A DNA stretch of 63,979 bases, the filler included, from Octopus bimaculoides (lineage: Eukaryota), in assembly GCF_001194135.2 (NCBI RefSeq). It is 7 parts of 7 records of this genome, joined end to end, with 100 filler letters (N's around TTAATTAATTAA, not from the genome) between each part and the next. Parts side by side here need not be neighbours in the genome. Positions count along the whole stretch, not along the records: positions 46,816 to 59,456 come from NC_069005.1; positions 59,557 to 61,583 come from NW_026325166.1; positions 61,684 to 63,979 come from NW_026350063.1; 4 more parts are not named here. One strand, written 5' to 3'. How positions within the stretch are numbered: position 1 is the stretch's first letter; every line of letters starts with the position of its first letter. Made by a program: the position numbers and the translations under genes. Below are positions 50,191 through 63,424 of this stretch, in pieces. The notes below the pieces were generated by a model. The model was not told the DNA's origin. It searched no databases and saw only the letters and a program-made list of their open reading frames with translations.

Positions 50191-50662
50191 TACATACAAT
50201 ATATGTATGTATGTATGTATGTATAGATACATATATATATNNNNNNNNNNNNNNNNNNNNNNNNNNNNNNNNNNNNNNNNNNNNNNNNNNNNNNNNNNNN
50301 NNNNNNNNNNNNNNNNNNNNNNNNNNNNNNNNNNNNNNNNNNNNNNNNNNNNNNNNNNNNNNNNNNNNNNNNNNNNNNNNNNNNNNNNNNNNNNNNNNNN
50401 NNNNNNNNNNNNNNNNNNNNNNNNNNNNNNNNNNNNNNNNNNNNNNNNNNNNNNNNNNNNNNNNNNNNNNNNNNNNNNNNNNNNNNNNNNNNNNNNNNNN
50501 NNNNNNNNNNNNNNNNNNNNNNNNNNNNNNNNNNNNNNNNNNNNNNNNNNATATATATACATATATGGGGATGGTCATGTTGCCAGTTTAGCCAATAAAA
50601 ACACACACACTATACATTTGGTGTTAATTTGCTTCAGCTTTATATTACATTAATTGCATTTC

Positions 50663-50707
50663 GGCCAGAGTTCTTTCATCACACTTCTGTGACCTCATCA
50701 GTGGTCC
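50663..50707 (-). ncRNA. Minimal type I hammerhead ribozyme-like motif in inverted terminal repeat
   Basis: Same sequence as 51945-51989, on minus strand. Confidence 0.5.
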
Positions 50708-51944
50708 TTTGCTTTCTTCTTTCTTGTATGTGTGTCCCTCCTTGCTAACGATCAGCCATTTTGTATTTTGTATTCCTATTGTATGTGTCTATATATGTGC
50801 ATGCGTATCCCTCTATGTTTGTCTATGTTTTGTAAGTGTATGTGTGAGTATACAAAGGAGCTATGAGGAAATTTGAAACCATCAAATATAACGATAGGAA
50901 TGGGATTTGCCAACTTTATAGGAGCAAATCATGGAACACCATTGAAAGGATTAAGAAGAAAATAGGGAAGGCCAACTCATGGTATGATAGCCACAAATAC
51001 CAGAGCATCATGTTTGTCGACACCACCCCTAGATGCAAACTGGCATACCGCTTTAGAAGGGCCCTAGACAAACTTAAGCTAAGAATTGAGGTTGTTGAAA
51101 GGCCAGGCAACCCTATCAAATCCCTTATCGGTAGAACCTACCCTTTTAGTAGAACCCCCAACACTGATAGGAACTGTACTATATGTAGATTTAGCCCACA
51201 AACAAACTGTAAAGCCAGAAATGTGGTCTATAGTATAAGATGTACAGGGGGACGATGCTGTAACTAGACAACGATGTACGTAGGGGAAACTGCACGGAGC
51301 ATAGGAGAGCGGGTAAATGAATATGGGAGGGAACTTTAGGAAGAGAAGAGCTCATCAGTTCTGTACCAGCATGCTGAGCAGGAACACGGAGGCTCACTCA
51401 ACAACATAGAAATTAAAATCTAGTCCACACATAAAACAGACGCAATGCTAAGACAAATTACAGAAGCTACACACATAATAGAAGATAAACCTAGCCTGAA
51501 TAGGAAACTGAAATGGAACACTAGCACACACCCCCAACAAACCACAAAATATGACAATAATATCTCCATAAACTAATAACAATATGAACAATATGAACAA
51601 AATAATACAATACATAGATAAACAAATAGAATTAAATAACTACATATGTTAACAAAATTAAATTAAATACAAAAAACATACAAAACAACACACAAAAAAA
51701 AGTAGGTATAAACACATGAACAAATAAATAAAAACAAACTTAAACGAACATGTATTAACAGGGGATACAGATAATACAGGCACTCCCCGTACACACACAC
51801 ATACACTTACAAAACATAGACAAACATAGACACACATAGAGGGATACGCATGTGCATATATAGACACATACATTAGGAATACAAAATATATAATGGCCGA
51901 TCATTAGCAAGGAGGGACACACATATAAGAAAGAAGAAAGCAAA

Positions 51945-51989
51945 GGACCACTGATGAGGTCACAGAAGTGTGATGAAAGAACTCTGGCC
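51945..51989 (+). ncRNA. Minimal type I hammerhead ribozyme-like motif in Penelope terminal repeat
   Basis: GGACCA CUGAUGA G GUCACA-GAAG-UGUGAU GAAA G-AA-C UC / UGGCC; predicted cleavage 3' of C51984. Confidence 0.55.
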
Positions 51990-52137
51990 GAAATACAATT
52001 AATGTAATATAAAGCTGAAGCAAATTAACACCAAATATATAGTTTGTGTGTTTTTATTGGCTAAACTGGCAACATGACCATCCCCAAATACAACAATATC
52101 TGTTTCAACACACGATTTCACATCAAGAATCTTGCAA

Positions 52138-52179
<42 letters not shown>

Positions 52180-52180
<1 letters not shown>

Positions 52181-55140
52181 TGAAAGGTAGGTGTTGGCAC
52201 ACTGAAACGTAGGTCTAGGCAAATTGTAGAGATGCTTGATAGGAGACGGGTTGATGTATGTAGCATACAAGAGGTAAGATGGAGAGGAGCTTCAGCTAGG
52301 ATCCTCACAGGCAAGGCACATAAGTATAAAGTCTTCTGGCAAGGTAACATGGATGGCATAGACGGTGTAGGCATTATCCTTGCAGAGAAATGGGTGGATA
52401 AAGTAATTAGAGGTTGTTACGGTATGCGATAGAGTGCTTAAGCTCAGGCTAGTCCTGCAGAATAGTATAGCTACAATTATCTCTGCCTACACCCCACATG
52501 CGGAGCTACCAAATGATCAAAAGGACCACTTTTATGAAACCCTTCTACAGGCTACCTCAAAGACGAGTGGCAATGACCTCATCTTTGTGGCTGGAAATTT
52601 TAATGGGCATGTTGGGTGGAAATCCGGTATTCTCACTGGTGTACACGCAGGCTATGGTATTGGTTCCTGGAACGATGAGGGAACTAGGCTACTGGAGTTC
52701 TGTGATGCATATAACCCTTTAATCTGCAACACTAAGTTCAAGAAGCCAGACAGCCACCTGATAACCTATCAATCAGGGGACTCTGCTAGCCAGATTGATT
52801 TCATCCTCACCAGACAGCGGGACACAGGGTTGCTCTTAAATACAAAGACCCTCCCAAGTGAGGAATGCACCCCCCACCCCCAGCATAGACTAGGCATTAG
52901 TGACCTTACGCTTGAGACCAGAAGGATACCAAGAAGCAGACCAATCCCAAAAAGAAGGATTTGGGAGCTAAAGAACCCTTCACATGGTCAGAGTTTAGGG
53001 ACATCCTCACTGAGATATTTGATGAGAGGGAGGAGGAGCTACATACATCGGACATAGAAGGTAGCTGGAAATTCCTACAGGACAGCTTGCTGATTGCCAC
53101 AGACCAAGTCTGCAGATGGTGCAAAGTCCCTTCCAGACCTAGCGTTATGTGGTGGTGGAATAATATGGTAGACAAATCCATCAGAGCAAAGAAACAGGCC
53201 TGCAAAGACTGGAAGGATGGGGGTAGCAGGGAACCGTACAAGATAGCCAGAAAGGAGGCTGAGTGACAGGTGTACATAGCCAAGGGTTAAGTGGAAAAGA
53301 AGTTTGCCAATGGCCAGTGACGTGAGGACCAAAGAACTGAGGTATTTTGGATTGCAAGACAATGTGTGAGAGAAAATTGTGATATCACAGGAGAGAAATG
53401 TGTCCGCATGGATGATGGTACACTTGATTTTAATGATTCTGAAAAGAAAGAGGCTTGGAGAAGCCATTGTGAAAGACCGCTGAACGTGGAAAATGAATGG
53501 GAGGAGGAAAGCCTGCCAAATGTTGACCCAGTAGAGGAACCAGCTATCCGAATAGACAGCTCCCTGGTAGATAAAGCAATTAAGGGTATGAAGCCAAGAA
53601 AAGCCCCCGGCCCATCAGGAATCACTGCTGAGATGCTTAAAACATCTGGTGGTGTGAGCTATGGTCTAGTCCACAATGTAAACCAGTTCATGAGAGAGTC
53701 ATACCCAATGACTGGTGAAGCAGCACCATAGTCAACTGCTACAAGGGTAAAGTTGATGCTCTGGATAGAAATAACTACAGGGTTATCAAACTTCTGGATC
53801 AGGTGATGAAGGTCATGGAGAGGGTCATAGCCCATCTCATTAGGGAGAGAGTCTGCTAAGATGAAGTGAAGTTCAGTTTTGTGCTGGGTAGAAGCACCAC
53901 TGATGCCATATTCCTGGTTCGATGACTAGATGAGAAATACCTAGCTAAAGATAAACCCATAGACTTAGCTTTTGTGGACTTGGAGAAAGCCTTTGACAGG
54001 GTCCCCTGATCCCTTATGTAGTGGGCGATGCGGAAACTGGAGATTGACGAATGGCTAATAAGGGCTGTACAAGCCCTATACAGAGAAGCCATTAGTAAAG
54101 TTAGGGTTGGCAATGAGTATAGTGAAGAATTCCGGATAGAAGTAGGGGTCCACCAAGGTTCAGCTCTCAATCCCTTTTTATTCATCATAGTCCTCCAGGC
54201 AATAACAAAGGAATTCAAGACGGGTTGCCCCTGGGAGCTCCTCTGTGCTGATGACCTGGCCCTCATAGCAGAATCACTACTGGACCTAGAAAAGAAATTT
54301 CAGGTGTGGAAGCAAGGTTTAGAATCAAATGGCCTTAGAGTCAATGTAGCAAAGACCAAAGTTCTAGTAAGTAGGAAAGGCGAACTCATCACACACCCCC
54401 TCAGGTAGGTCGCCCTGCTTGATCTGTAGAAAAGGTGTAGGTAGAAACTCCATAAGATGTACCCAGTGTAAGCTATGGACACATAAGAGGTGCAGTAACA
54501 TCAAAGGAGGATTAACCGAGAAGATAGCTTTCATGTGCGGCAGATGCACAGGGGCAATAAACACCACAGATTCCCTCACACTCCAGCAGGAGAAACTAGG
54601 AGTAGTTAATAGGTTCCACTACCTAGGTGACCAAGTTAGTAGTGGGGGTGGATGCTCAGAGAGTGTTACCACCAGAATAAGAATAGGCTGGGCAAAGTTT
54701 AGAAAGCTTCTACCCCTACTGGTGACAAAGGGCCTCTCGCTCAGAGTGAAAGGTAGATTGTACGATGCATGTGTGCAAACTTCCATGCTTCATGGCAGTG
54801 AAACATGGGCCGTGACTGCGGAGGACATGCATAGTCTCAATAGAAATGAAGCTAGCATGATCCGCTGGATGTGTAATGTCTGTGTGCACACACAACAGAG
54901 TGTAAGCGCCCTGAGAGAAATGTTGGACATAAGAAGCATCGGATGTGGTGTGCAAGAGAGACGTTTACGCTGGTATGGTCATGTACTACGGATGGATGAG
55001 GAGAGATGTGTGAAGAAGTGCCACTCCCAAACAGTTGAAGGAATCCGGGGTAGAGGTAGACCCAGGAAGACATGGAATGAGGTGGTCAAGCATGACCTTC
55101 GAATGTTGGACCTCACAGAGGCAATGACGAAAGACTGAGA
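52180..55140 (+). mobile_element. RTE-clade LINE, nearly full ORF (APE endonuclease and RT), inactivated
   Basis: VCSIQEVRW, AGNFNGHVG, SQIDFILTR, KAPGPSG, FVDLEKAFDRV, VGVHQGS.L.PFLF, ADDLAL, RGRPRKTW; several premature stops; ends at gap. Confidence 0.95.
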
Positions 55141-56039
55141 CNNNNNNNNNNNNNNNNNNNNNNNNNNNNNNNNNNNNNNNNNNNNNNNNNNNNNNNNNNN
55201 NNNNNNNNNNNNNNNNNNNNNNNNNNNNNNNNNNNNNNNNNNNNNNNNNNNNNNNNNNNNNNNNNNNNNNNNNNNNNNNNNNNNNNNNNNNNNNNNNNNN
55301 NNNNNNNNNNNNNNNNNNNNNNNNNNNNNNNNNNNNNNNNNNNNNNNNNNNNNNNNNNNNNNNNNNNNNNNNNNNNNNNNNNNNNNNNNNNNNNNNNNNN
55401 NNNNNNNNNNNNNNNNNNNNNNNNNNNNNNNNNNNNNNNNNNNNNNNNNNNNNNNNNNNNNNNNNNNNNNNNNNNNNNNNNNNNNNNNNNNNNNNNNNNN
55501 NNNNNNNNNNNNNNNNNNNNNNNNNNNNNNNNNNNNNNNNNNNNNNNNNNNNNNNNNNNNNNNNNNNNNNNNNNNNNNNNNNNNNNNNNNNNNNNNNNNN
55601 NNNNNNNNNNNNNNNNNNNNNNNNNNNNNNNNNNNNNNNNNNNNNNNNNNNNNNNNNNNNNNNNNNNNNNNNNNNNNNNNNNNNNNNNNNNNNNNNNNNN
55701 NNNNNNNNNNNNNNNNNNNNNNNNNNNNNNNNNNNNNNNNNNNNNNNNNNNNNNNNNNNNNNNNNNNNNNNNNNNNNNNNNNNNNNNNNNNNNNNNNNNN
55801 NNNNNNNNNNNNNNNNNNNNNNNNNNNNNNNNNNNNNNNNNNNNNNNNNNNNNNNNNNNNNNNNNNNNNNNNNNNNNNNNNNNNNNNNNNNNNNNNNNNN
55901 NNNNNNNNNNNNNNNNNNNNNNNNNNNNNNNNNNNATATAGGTGGTGTTCCAGCATGGCCGCAGTCACATGACCAAAGCAAGTAAAACAATAAAAAACTA
56001 TGCCATTTTAATCCGGAGCAATGCCTGATATCTCTGCTA

Positions 56040-56080
<41 letters not shown>

Positions 56081-56289
56081 AATACAAATGTGTGTGTATG
56101 CATACATACACATGTGTGTATATAAATACACATATATGTAGGTTCAGAATGAAACTCTTTAACTCTTTAATTTCAGGCTGAGAGCTGCAGCCATGCTGGG
56201 GCACTGCCATTAGCTTTGCTACAACTTCACTACTTGAAACTTCCTCTGATATGTGGCAATGAGGAAGTTTAATATTGCTCCACTCATCC

Positions 56290-58085
56290 ACGTTTCCTGT
56301 CATGGGGTTGGCTCATCCTTGACAGGAGCTGATCCAGTTTTATTTTGAAGTCACCTATATCCAAACCATGCAGGTATCTCAGGCTTTTTAGGTAGATATT
56401 GAAGAGCTGTGGGTTCTTAAAACCTAAACTGTTGCAATATCTGGTGCTGTATCTTGATAGTGATGTGTAGCTTCGCTGGATTGCTTCAAGTTCTGCTGTT
56501 AATTTTACACTGTGTGGTGATCATTGTTGGGAGCAGTTGTCTAAGTGGCTGAGAACATATGTCCTCCAGAGGACATCATGGTTTCTTTTTCTCTCAATCT
56601 GAAAGTTTGACTGATCCAGCCAACCAGCTGTCTGCATTTTATCGCCAACTTAGTAATATACAACTGGAAAGATGCAACATTACTCATGTTAATACCCAAG
56701 ATGTGCACTGATTTTGATTCAAGGATTGCTATCCCTCCTGGGCCAGTATATCCTGTCTACATTTCATTCAACTTTGCATGTTTGTAGTGCAGGGCTTGGA
56801 ATTTTCCAGCATTAAACTGCATATTCTTGTTCTCAGCCCACCTGTAAATTGTGTCCAACTTCTATTGCAGATGCACAATAATTCCAGGGTTCTGTATCCT
56901 CTGAAAGACTTTTGTATCATCTGCATAGCTATCAAGAGTGGCTATCCAAGCAGCTGAGGGCATGTCTGAGAGGGCCACTGTGTACAGCAGTGGTCCTAAG
57001 ACACAGCCCTGTGGAACTAATTGTTTGTGTTACTTTAGAGGTGGCTGCACTGGCCACAACTGCCTGACATCTATCTTTTCGAAAATCATGTAGCCACTCT
57101 CCATGTTTATCAACTATGCCAAGATCATGCAGCTTGTGACATACAATACCATAACACTGAGTTTATCAAAGGCTTTTGCAAAATCAATATATACCATGTC
57201 CACATTTGAGTTTTTGAACAGTTGCTTTAACACTCAGTCGTAGTGTTGTAGGTGCTGTGTCAGGAAGCTTCTGCTTGGTTGAAAATTGTGCTGGGTGTCA
57301 TTCTTTTCAAAGAAGACAATTAGTTTCCTTTGGATTATTTGTTCCATGACTTTGCTGATGTGTGAGGTCAGACAGATAGGTCTATAATTTTTAGCATCTG
57401 CTCTGTTTCCTCCTTTATAGATAAGGCATATTATTCCCTCCTTCAATTTGTCTGGGAGCTTACTACTTGCAAGGAAGCTCTGAAAATGAAGCTGCAGTCC
57501 TTTCAAAAGGGCTCATTTCCTTGATTTGAGGATTGATGAGAATCCATCAGGACCAGCAGCTGAGTTCGCATCCACCCTCATCTATAGCTAGTATTATATC
57601 TTCTTTAATGTTAATATAATTAATTATTATCGCCTCCTTGGTTACAGGTAAAGTGGCAAAGAACTGCTGGTTTGTTCACTTGCCTGTTCAAATACTTTTG
57701 AACTGTTCATTCAGTATTTCACTTATCTTCTTTGGATTTCCTATCTTGTCCGATATGGTTTGCCTTACAAACAGGAAATGCTTGAGTTTCATGTCAATGT
57801 CTGGTGTGGAGAGACATTTAGGCCAATCCTACTTGAGGATCACTTTCTGAATCAGTTTCCAGTTTGCTTTATGAAAGTTCAGACAAGAGAGATTTTGGGT
57901 GCTTCATATAGACAGCTCTACTATTTTGTGATCCAAGAGTAGTATCGGTGTCACTTTCACATTATGGATGATATGCATATTGTTTGTGAAGCAGAGATCC
58001 AGTATATTATTGTTCTGTGAATGAAGCATTGGTAAGGTTGAGCAGGAATTTCACCTGTGCTTCTTAGCAAAGGGTCGTTCCTGAG
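56290..58085 (-). mobile_element. CR1/L2-group LINE RT region, decayed
   Basis: IYKGGNRADAKNYRPICLTSHISKVME, IDFAKAFDK, VPQGCVLGPLLY, YADDTK, RQCRQLVGWI on minus strand. Confidence 0.88.
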
Positions 58086-58149
58086 AGCATAAGGCTCTCA
58101 GGCCAACCCACAGTGGCATATATATACTTATAAAGATATATACATGTGC

Positions 58150-58530
58150 ACAGGCAAGGCCAAGTGATAAGAAATTTTCTTGCTAATCATATGGTTCCAG
58201 GTTCAGTTCCACTGTGAAGCACTTTGGACAAGTGTCTTCTAATATAGCCTCAAGGCCAACCAAAGCCATATGAGAGGGTTTGGAAGACAGAAATTGAAAG
58301 AAGCCTGTCGTATACATGTGTGTTGTGTGTGCATGTGTGTGTGTGTGTTTGTCTCCAAAATACTGCTTGACAAGTAATGTGGGTGTGTTTATGTCCCCGT
58401 ATATTAACAGTTCAACAAGAGACCAATAGAATACGTACTAGACTTAAAAATAAATACTGGGGTCAATTTGTTTGACTAAAAATTCTTTAAGACAGTGCCC
58501 CAGCATGTCCACAGTCTAATGACTGAAAAA
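58150..58530 (+). mobile_element. Diverged SINE family A
   Basis: Colinear but CpG-depleted match. Confidence 0.8.
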
Positions 58531-58669
58531 AGTAAATGAATAAAAGAATATATATACACATACAGAACCTTTGCACACACAAATATACATACATATAAAT
58601 AAGTATATACATACAGACATACAATATATATATATATCTGTCTGTATGTACGTACATAAATACAAATAT

Positions 58670-58940
58670 CATCATCAGCATCATGTTGTCCATGCTGGCA
58701 TGAGTTGGATGGTTTGACTGCACTGGTACATTGGAAGGCTACACCAGACTCCAGTCTGATTTGGCTTGGTTTTCTACGACTGGATGCCTTTCCTACTGCT
58801 AACCACTCCGAGAGTTTAATGGGTGCTTTTATGTGCCACCAATACAGGTGTCAGTTGCGGGACACCGGTATCTGCCATGACATTTTGCTCAGCTTGATGG
58901 GTCTTCTTCTCAAGCACAACATAATGCCAAAGGTCTCAGT
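58670..58940 (-). mobile_element. RTE 3' UTR and family C tail, diverged
   Basis: Reverse complement matches 48460-48720. Confidence 0.8.
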
Positions 58941-58969
58941 CATTGTCCATACATACATACATATATGCG

Positions 58970-59125
58970 CAGAAATAGCTGTGTGGTAAGAAGCTTGCTT
59001 CCCAACCATATGGTCCGGGTTCAGTCCCACTGTATGGCACCTTGGGCAAGTGTTTTCCTTTATAGCCTTGGGTCGACCAAAGCCTTGTGAGTGGATTTGG
59101 TACACGAAAACTGAAAGAAGCCCCT
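58970..59125 (+). mobile_element. SINE family A 5' half
   Basis: GCTGTGTGGTAAGAAGCTTGCTT..CTGAAAGAAGCCC. Confidence 0.85.
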
Positions 59126-59134
59126 CATATAAAT

Positions 59135-59456
59135 CATCATCATCATCATCATCTTCGTTTAACGTCCGCTTTCCATGCTAGCATGGGTTGGACGATTTGA
59201 CTGAGGACTGGTGAAACCAGATGGCTACACCAGGCTCCAATCTGATTTGGTAGAGTTTCTACAGCTGGATGCCCTTCCTAACGCCAACCACTCAGAGAGT
59301 GTAGTGGGTGCTTTTACGTGTTACCCGCACGAAGGCCAGTCAGGCGGTACTGGCAACGGCCACGCTCACAATGGTGCAATTTATGTGCCACCCGCACAAG
59401 AACCAGTCCAGGGGCACTGGCAACGATCTCGCTCGAAAATCCCACGAAGGCCAGCC
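59135..59456 (-). mobile_element. RTE-tail SINE / RTE 3' end (family C)
   Basis: Reverse complement highly similar to 46815-47140. Confidence 0.92.
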
Positions 59457-60077
59457 NNNNNNNNNNNNNNNNNNNNNNNNNNNNNNNNNNNNNNNNNNNN
59501 TTAATTAATTAANNNNNNNNNNNNNNNNNNNNNNNNNNNNNNNNNNNNNNNNNNNNTTAAGCCTCACATGCATGTATTGACATGTCTCTCTCTATCTCTC
59601 TCCTCCACCTCTCTCTTTGCATATGTATATCTTGGTGCGTGCGTGTGTGTGTGTGTGTGTTTCGATTAGGATCATGGGGCAGATTCAGGCATGGTTTGAT
59701 GTTAATAACTTTTCCAATTCACAAATTAGAATTAACCTAACTCTATTGACACTTTTTGCACCTTAAAATCTGTCATGAACCGACAGACGTCTTAAGCCAG
59801 AGTTTATCCTGTGAGTGAATACAAGACCCTATCTTCAATGGGGCACCACTCTGTTTTCAACAAGTCTTAGCCCCCTGGGTTTACAGTCCATTACCTGCCT
59901 TCACTTGAGCAATGCAATGGTGACATTGGCAGTCGTAGATATTGACATTTTTCTCATTATTTTGGGTTCAATAAAATAGAGACCAGGCAAGTATAAGGTT
60001 TGATGTAATCAACTTGTCCCCTCCCTTCAAAATTGCAGGCTTTGCACCAATAATAGAGAGAATCATAATTTTTAATA

Positions 60078-60295
60078 AGATGGTGAGCTGGCAGAATCAT
60101 TAGCACACCAGGCAAATGTTTATTGGCATTTCGCCCTGTCACTACATTCTGAGTTCAAATTCCGCTAAAGTCAGCTTTTTGCCTTTCATCCTTTTGGGAT
60201 CGCTAAAATAAGTACCAGTTGAACACTGGGATCGATGTAATCGACTCATCCCTTCCTCTGAAATTGCTGCCCTCATTCCAAAATTTGAAACCATT
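60078..60295 (+). mobile_element. SINE family B
   Basis: GGTGAGCTGGCAGAATC..GCCTTTCATCCTTTTGGG..AAGTACCAG; partial copies on both sides. Confidence 0.78.
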
Positions 60296-60479
60296 ATTAT
60301 TATTATTAATGAGTAGTAAGCTACCAGAATCATCAAGACATTGGAAAACAGTGCCTTGTGGTATTTCTTCTGGCTTTTAATGTTCAGAGTTCAAATTCTG
60401 CCATTCTGCCATTTAATTATGTGCATGCGCATTGTATGTTCTTCATTTTGTTGACTACACAGTATAGTAGGGTCAGTTG

Positions 60480-61110
60480 GCCACTGTCTATGAGAAAAAC
60501 AGCACCATGGTGCAATTTATTTGACCAGAAATTTGGAAACAACATGCTGTACTGCTTGGCATTTGTACCAGAAACTCCAATACGAACATTTCAGAGTGTT
60601 TGGTTGTCAATCTGAGGACATGTACAGAAAATGATAAAAATCAAACATCCAGTCAACATCATGGTGTTTGGAGTGATCACTAGTGACGGCAACGTTATGC
60701 CTGCATTCATATTTCCTCATGGTTTCACACTCAACACGAAGGCCTACATCAAGTGCCCAGAGGAGGTAGTGCTGCCCTTGGTCAAGAGGGTGGTTGCTGG
60801 AAGACCCTCTGTCTAGTAACAGGACTCTACACCATGCCACACAAGCAGGAGAACCCAGTCATGGCTGTCAGACAATTTCTGTGACTACATCGCACCTAAC
60901 ATCTGGCCACCTCACTCCTCAGACTACAACACCTTGATTATTACGTGTGGGGCACAGATAAGCAAGAGACCACCAAAACTTGTAACACCAAAGATGAACT
61001 AAAGGCAAGGATTATGGCACAATTCACCAACTTAAACAAGCGACCATCCAGAAATGTTGCAGGAAATTCTGAACAGCACTTGAACTTGTGATTTTGTGAC
61101 TGCCTTGCTA
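60480..61110 (+). mobile_element. Tc1/mariner maT (DD37D) transposase fragment
   Basis: KHPVNIMVFGVITSDG..QDSTPCH..WPPHSSDYNTLDYYVWG; 37 residues between second and third Asp. Confidence 0.88.
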
Positions 61111-61147
61111 AAGTGCGGCTAGATTTATACATATGTACATACACATA

Positions 61148-61189
<42 letters not shown>

Positions 61190-61209
61190 TATACATGCAT
61201 ACACACATA

Positions 61210-61441
61210 CGAGGGACGCTGAAAAGTTCCTGGCTTTGAGCAAAAGAAAATAGAAGAGGATATCTGTTNNNNNNNNNNGTTAATTATGATTTTATTCAAC
61301 ATATTCCCCTCTCAGATTCACACACTCATTGCATCAGACCTTCAGTTTTTTTTAAGCCCTGTAAAAGAATTCAGCAGGTTTGGCCTCCAGCCAGGCCTTT
61401 CACTATACCCTTAAAGCCAGGAACTTTTCAGCACCTCCTCA
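61210..61441 (-). mobile_element. Mariner-derived MITE
   Basis: TIRs GCTGAAAAGTTCCTGGCTTT / AAAGCCAGGAACTTTTCAGC; inverted homolog of 27180-27398. Confidence 0.85.
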
Positions 61442-62452
61442 TATATATATATAAACAATATATGAGTATATGCATATATATGTACATGTATGTATATACG
61501 TTCATCTACATGTACATATAGATACATAACTGGGTACATGACGTTGCAAAAGAACATGGACAAAATGATAAACAAGGTACAACNNNNNNNNNNNNNNNNN
61601 NNNNNNNNNNNNNNNNNNNNNNNNNNNTTAATTAATTAANNNNNNNNNNNNNNNNNNNNNNNNNNNNNNNNNNNNNNNNNNNNATATGTATGTATATAAT
61701 ACAGAGAGATGAGAAAGAGAGAGAGAGAAAGAAAGTAGGAAAGAGGAGAGAATGCACATATATTCGCCAGATGTGGTGATTTTTATTTACTTATCTATCT
61801 ATTTATTTATTTTCTTTGAGAAAGCACTGAGCTGAGATGGAATTCTTAAAAGCAATGCATAAACTGAAATGACGTTTCAGTTACATCATGAGTGAAAAGC
61901 CCCGGAATCTGGCAATGAATGTACAAGACAGTTACTTGGAGAACACTTTCGAGAATGAATTTGAGAAAACACGTTGAAAGGAAAAAAATAAATAAATAAA
62001 TAAGAGAAGATAACTCCAGCAAAAAAGAAAAAAAGACATCCAGAAAAATTACGAATAAAAACATACTAACGAAACAAAACATGAAAAAAACTGAAAATGA
62101 ACACAAGAACTTGAAGAACAAATAAAGAAAAGATTGTGTCACCCCTCCAAATGTATACAACTAGATGTTGGATAAATTAGATTTTGTTGTTTATTAAATT
62201 CTCATTATTTTTTTTTAATATATAGAGAAGTCAAAGAAAGGAAGCAGTATGTGTGTAAGAGTGTGTGTGAATGTGTTAGTGTGTGTGTGTGAGTGTGTGT
62301 GTGTGTGTGTGTGTACGTGCATTTGTGTATAGCATGTATGCGTGTACATATATCACATGTTATAGAGTTGCTTATTTTTGTAACTTGAATCCACAACTCT
62401 TAGCAGATCTAAAACAATATAATTTCTCGTAATATTTGTCATACACGGACAG

Positions 62453-62490
<38 letters not shown>

Positions 62491-63306
62491 ACGTACGTGC
62501 GCGTAGAGACACACACAGACACATGCTCGCATGCAGATAGACAGATAAACAGATAGACACACACACAAGCAGACGTGCACGCGCGCACACATCTATATGT
62601 AATATATANNNNNNNNNNNNNNNNNNNNNNNNNNNNNNNNNNNNNNNNNNNNNNNNNNNNNNNNNNNNNNNNNNNNNNNNNNNNNNNNNNNNNNNNNNNN
62701 NNNNNNNNNNNNNNNNNNNNNNNNNNNNNNNNNNNNNNNNNNNNNNNNNNNNNNNNNNNNNNNNNNNNNNNNNNNNNNNNNNNNNNNNNNNNNNNNNNNN
62801 NNNNNNNNNNNNNNNNNNNNNNNNNNNNNNNNNNNNNNNNNNNNNNNNNNNNNNNNNNNNNNNNNNNNNNNNNNNNNNNNNNNNNNNNNNNNNNNNNNNN
62901 NNNNNNNNNNNNNNNNNNNNNNNNNNNNNNNNNNNNNNNNNNNNNNNNNNNNNNNNNNNNNNNNNNNNNNNNNNNNNNNNNNNNNNNNNNNNNNNNNNNN
63001 NNNNNNNNNNNNNNNNNNNNNNNNNNNNNNNNNNNNNNNNNNNNNNNNNNNNNNNNNNNNNNNNNNNNNNNNNNNNNNNNNNNNNNNNNNNNNNNNNNNN
63101 NNNNNNNNNNNNNNNNNNNNNNNNNNNNNNNNNNNNNNNNNNNNNNNNNNNNNNNNNNNNNNNNNNNNNNNNNNNNNNNNNNNNNNNNNNNNNNNNNNNN
63201 NNNNNNNNNNNNNNNNNNNNNNNNNNNNNNNNNNNNNNNNNNNNNNNNNNNNNNNNNNNNNNNNNNNNNNNNNNNNNNNNNNNNNNNNNNNNNNNNNNNN
63301 NNNNNN

Positions 63307-63338
<32 letters not shown>

Positions 63339-63383
63339 GAGAAAGAGAGAGAGAGAGAAAGAGAGAGAGAGATATAGAGAAAT

Positions 63384-63424
<41 letters not shown>

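Larger units (their letters stand above)
50567..52085 (+). mobile_element. 5'-truncated Penelope-like element (GIY-YIG region) flanked by ~285-bp inverted terminal repeats
   Basis: MFVDTTPRCKLA..NCKARNVVYSIRC..MYVGETARSIGERVNE..SVLYQH; 50567-50850 is the reverse complement of 51790-52085. Confidence 0.9.

Noticed and set aside
52180-52260. Possible HDV-like ribozyme at RTE 5' end
   Set aside because: The element begins inside the endonuclease coding region after (TA)n; no 5' UTR is present
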